Assembly (NCBI GenBank): GCA_045863395.1
Contig: BTVJ01000112.1
Coordinates: 1-21,149, forward strand
DNA: 21,149 nt
Reading direction: 5' to 3'
Source of the DNA: Myxococcales bacterium
Lineage (GTDB): Bacteria > Myxococcota_A > UBA9042 > JABWCM01 > BTVJ01
In this document: positions 16,786-21,149 of the stretch, piece by piece
Layout of the letters: the number at the start of each line of letters is the position of its first letter
Numbering within the stretch: position 1 is the first letter of the stretch
Notes under the pieces: model-generated
Seen by the model: the letters and a program-made list of their open reading frames with translations, nothing else
Told to the model about the DNA's origin: nothing
Databases searched by the model: none
Position numbers and translations under genes: made by a program

Positions 16786-16814
16786 TTGCCGTGAAGGGGT
16801 GGGTGCGCTACCTT
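16786..16814 (+). promoter_or_regulatory. Candidate sigma70 promoter of the TonB-dependent receptor
   Basis: TTGCCG (16786-16791), 17-nt spacer, TACCTT (16809-16814). Confidence 0.4.
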
Positions 16815-16862
16815 CGGCGGACCAGAGGGGCCCGACCGCCTGACGCCGAGCTGCGGGTGACC

Positions 16863-19394
16863 ATGAGCGGGGCGCTTCGCATCGCTGCCGTCGCCATCCT
16901 TCTCGCCGTGCGCCTCGCCGCGCCTGCCCGCGCCGACTCCCCCCTGACCCGTGAACCCGAGCTGCTCCACTTCGAGCAGGCGGACTACCCCGCCGAGGCG
17001 CTCGCCGGCGACCTGGAGGCCTCGGTGCTCCTGGAGCTGGACGTGGCCGCGGACGGCACCGTGAGCGACGCGCGGGTGGTGGAGCTCGTGGGCCTGGGCT
17101 TCGACGAGGCGGCGCTGGCGGCGGCGCGGCGCTTCGTGTTCCGGCCGGCCGAGGCGGACGGCGCGCCCGTGGCCGTCCGCATCCACTTCGTCTATGAGTT
17201 CACCATCGGGAGGGAGGTGGTGGAGCGTCCGCCACCCGCGACGGGCGTCATTCGGGGCCAGCTCCTGCTGCGGGGCGGGCGCGGCCCTGCGGCGGGGGTC
17301 GTGGTGGTCGTGCCGGAGCACGGGCTCCAGGCGGTCTCCGGCGACCACGGGCGCTTCGAGCTCACGGCGCCCGTGGGCGAGGCCACGGTCCTCGTGCCCG
17401 CGTCCAGCTTCGAGGAGGCGTCTGCGCCCGTCGTGGTGCGGGAAGGGGCGACGGACGTCACGCTGTACCTGCGGCCCGATCCCTACGCGGAGTACCGGAC
17501 GGTGATCGCCGCGGCGCCGGTCACGACGGCGCCTCGGACCGTGCTGGAGGTCGCGGAGATCAACAAGATCCCCGGGACGAGCGGCGACGCGCTGCGGGCC
17601 ATCCAGAACCTGCCCGGGACGGCGCGCGCCGCGCTGGGCTCGGGCATGCTCGTGATGCGCGGGTCCGCCCCGGAGGACACGGCCTACCGGGTCGATGGCA
17701 TGTACATCCCCCAGCTCTACCACTTCGTGGGCGTGACCTCCGTGTTCTCGTCGGACCTGCTCGAGGACCTGGCCTTCTCGGCAGGTGGCTTCGGCGTCAC
17801 CCACGGAAACGGCACGGCGGGGCTCGTGGAGGTGTCCCTGCGAGGGGGGCGCGCCGACCGGTGGGGGGGCTACGGCGACCTCAACGTGTTCCACGCGAGC
17901 GCCTTCGCCAGCGGCCCGGTGTGGGAGGGCGGGACGCTGACGCTCGCCGCCCGTCGGACCTGGATCGACGCGGTGCTGCCGGCGATCCTGCCCGAGCCGA
18001 CCTTCACGCGGGCGCCCGCGTACTACGACTACCAGGCGCTCTTGGACACGGCGCTGGGTCCCCGAGACTCCCTGCGGGTGTTCGCCTTCGGCTCCGACGA
18101 CCAGGTGAGGCTGGTCCTGTCGGAGCCCTCCGACGACAACCCCGCCATGCGCGGGGCCATCGAGACGCACCTCCTGTTCCACGGGGTCCAGGCGCGGTGG
18201 GTCCACGAGCTCGGGCGGGGAGACACCCTCGCGACCAGCATCCAAGGCACCTTCCAACAGTACTCTGGCGTCGTGGGGCCGCAGATCGACTACGACGTAA
18301 GGGTGGGTCGCATCGCATGGCGGGAGGATCTCACCCTCGGGCGTGGAGACCCGTTCACGGTGCGTGTGGGGCTCGACTCCACGGCGGACGTCTACTGCGC
18401 CACCATTCGCGCGATGCGCCCGCCGCGGGAGGGGGGGACCATCCCGCCAATCGGGTCGACGGCCATGGGGGAGACCGACGAGGCGGGGGTCATTCTACGC
18501 GGCGGTGTGTACCTGGAGGGGACGGCCTCGCCCCACGAGAACCTCACGTTGACGGCCGGGGCACGCCTCGACGCCTACGGCGGCATCTGGCAGGCGGTGA
18601 AGGTGGACCCGCGAGCTTCGCTGCGGTGGAGGGTGGGAGAGACCACCGCGCTGAAGGCGGCTGTGGGGCTCTACCACCGACGCCCGGACGACGACGAGCT
18701 GTACGCCTTCTTCGGGAGCCGCTCGCTGACCCCCGAGCGCTCCGTGCAGGTCAGCGCCGGCATCGAGCAGACTCTGTACGAGGGGTTGAGCCTGGACGTG
18801 CAGGGCTTCTACAAGGATCTGTCGAGCCTCGTGGCGGCGAACCCGGACCCGGCGGGGGAAGAGCCGCTGGTCAGCGCGGGGACTGGGCGCGCCTTCGGCG
18901 GCGAGGTCCTGCTGCGCCAGGCGGCCGGGCAGTTCATCTGGGGGTGGGTGTCCTACACCCTGTCGCGCAGCGAGCGGGAAGACCACCCGGGGGCGCCCAC
19001 ACGGCTCTTCGACTTCGATCAGACGCACGTCCTGACCGCCGTGGTCAGCGCGACGCTGCCCTGGGACCTGACGCTGGGGGTTCGCTACCGGTATGCGACG
19101 GGGAACCCGACGACCCCCGTGGTGGGGGCGGTGTTCGATGGGGACGTCGGGGTGCACCACGGGGTGCTCGGGCCCGTGAACGGCGCACGGCTCCCCGACT
19201 TTCACCAGCTCGACCTGCGCCTGGACAAGCGGTGGCTCTTCGAGGACTGGGCGCTGACCGCGTACCTGGAGGCCCAGAACCTGACCAACCACGCCAACGC
19301 GGAGGGCATGGCCTGGCAGCACGACTACCGGCGCAGCGAGGTGGTGACCGGGCTCCCGATCCTGCCGGGCTTCGGCCTGCGTGGAGAGCTGTGA
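16863..19394 (+). CDS. TonB-dependent receptor with N-terminal TonB C-terminal domain (myxobacterial type), 843 aa
   Basis: Signal peptide ending AAPARA. TonB-C-like YPAEALAGDLEASVLLELDVAADGTV...GFDEAALAAARRFVFRPA. Plug IPGTSGDALRAIQNLPG...VMRGSAP. Barrel end RLPDFHQLDLRLDK...GLRGEL. Confidence 0.9.
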   Translation: MSGALRIAAVAILLAVRLAAPARADSPLTREPELLHFEQADYPAEALAGDLEASVLLELDVAADGTVSDARVVELVGLGFDEAALAAARRFVFRPAEADGAPVAVRIHFVYEFTIGREVVERPPPATGVIRGQLLLRGGRGPAAGVVVVVPEHGLQAVSGDHGRFELTAPVGEATVLVPASSFEEASAPVVVREGATDVTLYLRPDPYAEYRTVIAAAPVTTAPRTVLEVAEINKIPGTSGDALRAIQNLPGTARAALGSGMLVMRGSAPEDTAYRVDGMYIPQLYHFVGVTSVFSSDLLEDLAFSAGGFGVTHGNGTAGLVEVSLRGGRADRWGGYGDLNVFHASAFASGPVWEGGTLTLAARRTWIDAVLPAILPEPTFTRAPAYYDYQALLDTALGPRDSLRVFAFGSDDQVRLVLSEPSDDNPAMRGAIETHLLFHGVQARWVHELGRGDTLATSIQGTFQQYSGVVGPQIDYDVRVGRIAWREDLTLGRGDPFTVRVGLDSTADVYCATIRAMRPPREGGTIPPIGSTAMGETDEAGVILRGGVYLEGTASPHENLTLTAGARLDAYGGIWQAVKVDPRASLRWRVGETTALKAAVGLYHRRPDDDELYAFFGSRSLTPERSVQVSAGIEQTLYEGLSLDVQGFYKDLSSLVAANPDPAGEEPLVSAGTGRAFGGEVLLRQAAGQFIWGWVSYTLSRSEREDHPGAPTRLFDFDQTHVLTAVVSATLPWDLTLGVRYRYATGNPTTPVVGAVFDGDVGVHHGVLGPVNGARLPDFHQLDLRLDKRWLFEDWALTAYLEAQNLTNHANAEGMAWQHDYRRSEVVTGLPILPGFGLRGEL

Positions 19395-19605
19395 CAGACC
19401 CGCCTGCCAGTGCCAGGGTGAGGCACCACATCTGGTAAGCTGGACCCTGTCCGCATGTTGGGGGGCCGTGTGGCTCGGATGGCGGGGGGAGAGAAAGGAT
19501 CTGGACAGCGCCGTCCAATTCCGCACACAATGTCGGGGTTGCGCCTGTTGGCAGGTCCGGGGACTTCGCGCAAGACACCTCGACGGTCGTGGAGAGCTCT
19601 CACCC

Positions 19606-20178
19606 ATGAATCGAGCCTGGTTTGGCCAGTGTATTCGCGGTGCCGTCGTCGTCGTCGCGCTCACTGTGACGGCGTGTGGCTCGTCCTCGACCGGCGGTCC
19701 CGCGGCCGGCGGGGACACCGGAGCGGAGCTGGACGTGGGCGTCAACCCGCCTGACTCCAGCGTCACGGGAGACACTGGTGGCGGGGACACCGGGGCGCCG
19801 GACGCGGGCGCGGGCGATGTGGCCGGCCCGGACGCGTTGGAGGACGCAGGCGGTGTGTTGGACGGCGGGGGGGACGACGCGGGCCTCTCCGACGTCGGAA
19901 CGTCCGACGGTGGTGGCGGCGACGCCGGCGACTACGTCGGCGACGACGCGGCCGGTGACGTGAGCCAGGACACGGGCGGGGACGCCGGCGACACGGGAGG
20001 GGACACGGGCCCCGTCACGGCTCCAGCCCTCACGGTCTTTGCGCCCACGTCGGGGGGAGCGCTCATCGGATCGAGCAACTACCGGTGCAAGCTCGTCGTC
20101 GGCGGTCCCGCCGGGGGCGCCGTGACCGGAACCCAGTACAAGGCCACGATTGGCGTCGGGGCCGTCGTCCACCCGTAG
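19606..20178 (+). CDS. Lipoprotein (190 aa) with long Asp/Gly-rich linker and small C-terminal beta domain
   Basis: GGAGAG upstream. [26 protein letters not shown] has a lipobox. About 110 aa of DTG/DAG/DVG low-complexity sequence follows, then [42 protein letters not shown]. Confidence 0.8.
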   Translation: MNRAWFGQCIRGAVVVVALTVTACGSSSTGGPAAGGDTGAELDVGVNPPDSSVTGDTGGGDTGAPDAGAGDVAGPDALEDAGGVLDGGGDDAGLSDVGTSDGGGGDAGDYVGDDAAGDVSQDTGGDAGDTGGDTGPVTAPALTVFAPTSGGALIGSSNYRCKLVVGGPAGGAVTGTQYKATIGVGAVVHP

Positions 20179-20209
20179 CGCAGTCATCGAACACGGAAGG
20201 GTTGACCCC

Positions 20210-21149
20210 ATGAAGAAGCGTCTCGGAGTGATGGTTGCAGCGGCGCTGGCCTCCTTGGCCGGCCCTGCGCTGGCCCTCGTCCCCCAGCTCGTCCCGGTCC
20301 AGGGCGTCCTGACGGACGCCGAGGGCGTTCCCATCGACGGGGCGGTGGACGTGCGGTTTGCGCTGTACGCCGCTCCGTCGGGAGGGAGCCCGGTCTGGGA
20401 GGAGCTCTACACGGGCGGCAACCAGGTGGACGCGGTGGACGGGTTCTTCACGGTCTACCTCGGGGAGCTCAGCCTCCTGATGGACAGCGATCTCGCCGCC
20501 GCGCCGCAGCTCTGGCTCGGCATGACGGTGGGCGCCGACGAGGAGATGGACCGGGTGCCCCTGGCGTCCGTCCCCTACGCTCTCGTGGCGTCGACGGTGG
20601 TGGGCGACATCTCGCCGAAGAGCGTGAGCGTCAACGGCAGCCTCGTCATCGACGAGCAGGGCAAGTGGGTCGGCTCCCCGACCGGGCTGGTGGGACCGCA
20701 AGGGCCGCAGGGTGACGTTGGTCCCCAGGGCTCGCCCGGCCCTGCCGGTGCGCAGGGTCCCGAGGGTCCGCAGGGGCCCGAGGGTCCCCAGGGGTCCGAG
20801 GGTCCGCAGGGTCTCGAGGGTCCGCAGGGTATCGAAGGTCCGCAGGGACCCGAAGGTCCGCAGGGGCCCGAAGGTCCCGCAGGGCGTGACGGAGACCCTG
20901 GACTCCCCGGTGAGCCAGGCCCCGAGGGTCCGCAGGGACCCGCCGGCCCCGAGGGTCCGCAGGGACCCGCCGGCCCCGAGGGTCCGCAGGGACCCGCCGG
21001 CCCCGAGGGTCCGCAGGGTCCCGCTGGCCCCGAGGGTCCAGAGGGTCTCGCTGGCCCCGAGGGTCCCCAAGGTGTTCAGGGAGACCCCGGTCCTCAGGGT
21101 CCGAAGGGGGACACGGGCGCCCAGGGTCCGCAGGGTCTGCAGGGTCCGA
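20210..21149 (+). CDS. Secreted collagen-like fibre protein with conserved fibre N-terminal domain (3'-truncated; absent from the ORF track)
   Basis: Manual translation: [65 protein letters not shown]...[10 protein letters not shown]...[24 protein letters not shown]..., then uninterrupted Gly-X-Y from 20684 to the window end. GGAAGG upstream. Confidence 0.92.
   Translation, partial: MKKRLGVMVAAALASLAGPALALVPQLVPVQGVLTDAEGVPIDGAVDVRFALYAAPSGGSPVWEELYTGGNQVDAVDGFFTVYLGELSLLMDSDLAAAPQLWLGMTVGADEEMDRVPLASVPYALVASTVVGDISPKSVSVNGSLVIDEQGKWVGSPTGLVGPQGPQGDVGPQGSPGPAGAQGPEGPQGPEGPQGSEGPQGLEGPQGIEGPQGPEGPQGPEGPAGRDGDPGLPGEPGPEGPQGPAGPEGPQGPAGPEGPQGPAGPEGPQGPAGPEGPEGLAGPEGPQGVQGDPGPQGPKGDTGAQGPQGLQGP
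20684..21149 (+). repeat. Collagen Gly-X-Y coding repeat (51 complete triplets visible), including a 27-bp tandem repeat
   Basis: GPQ/GPE/GPA-dominated triplets. GGCCCCGAGGGTCCGCAGGGACCCGCC occurs three times exactly (20918-20998), with two degenerate copies to 21052. Confidence 0.95.

Noticed and set aside
20063..21070. 335-aa minus-strand ORF with LRTLGAGGS repeats
   Set aside because: It is the antisense shadow of the + strand collagen gene, which has a signal peptide and a recognisable architecture.
1..21149. tRNA, rRNA, riboswitch, integrase or transposase
   Set aside because: None recognised by eye. Intergenic gaps are short (up to ~250 nt); an Infernal/Rfam scan would be needed to exclude small RNAs.

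Overview
High-GC bacterial DNA. Taxon is probably Myxococcota or a related deltaproteobacterium, inferred from Asp/Gly-rich lipoproteins and a TonB-C-fused TonB-dependent receptor. The first ~4.1 kb is visibly less GC-rich and holds an 8-bp tandem repeat reading in frame into a probable lipoprotein M4 (thermolysin-family) metallopeptidase, followed by a coupled Cys-rich lipoprotein. Next come a HepT/MntA toxin-antitoxin pair, two minus-strand hypotheticals, and a helical protein ending in an RNA polymerase alpha-CTD-like domain that is coupled to a radical SAM gene. These are followed by an AbrB/VapC toxin-antitoxin pair, a UPF0158 protein, a PTS EIIA gene, and a GT2-asnB-degenerate NTP-transferase/CDP-alcohol phosphotransferase-ROK kinase operon. 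The window ends with a TonB-dependent receptor and a two-gene module: an acidic-tether lipoprotein plus a secreted collagen-like fibre that runs off the window and is missing from the ORF track. The best candidates for new biology are the lipoprotein + collagen fibre module, the repeat-preceded variant M4 protease and its partner, and the alpha-CTD-like/radical SAM pair. All family assignments are by motif recognition only; no searches were run.
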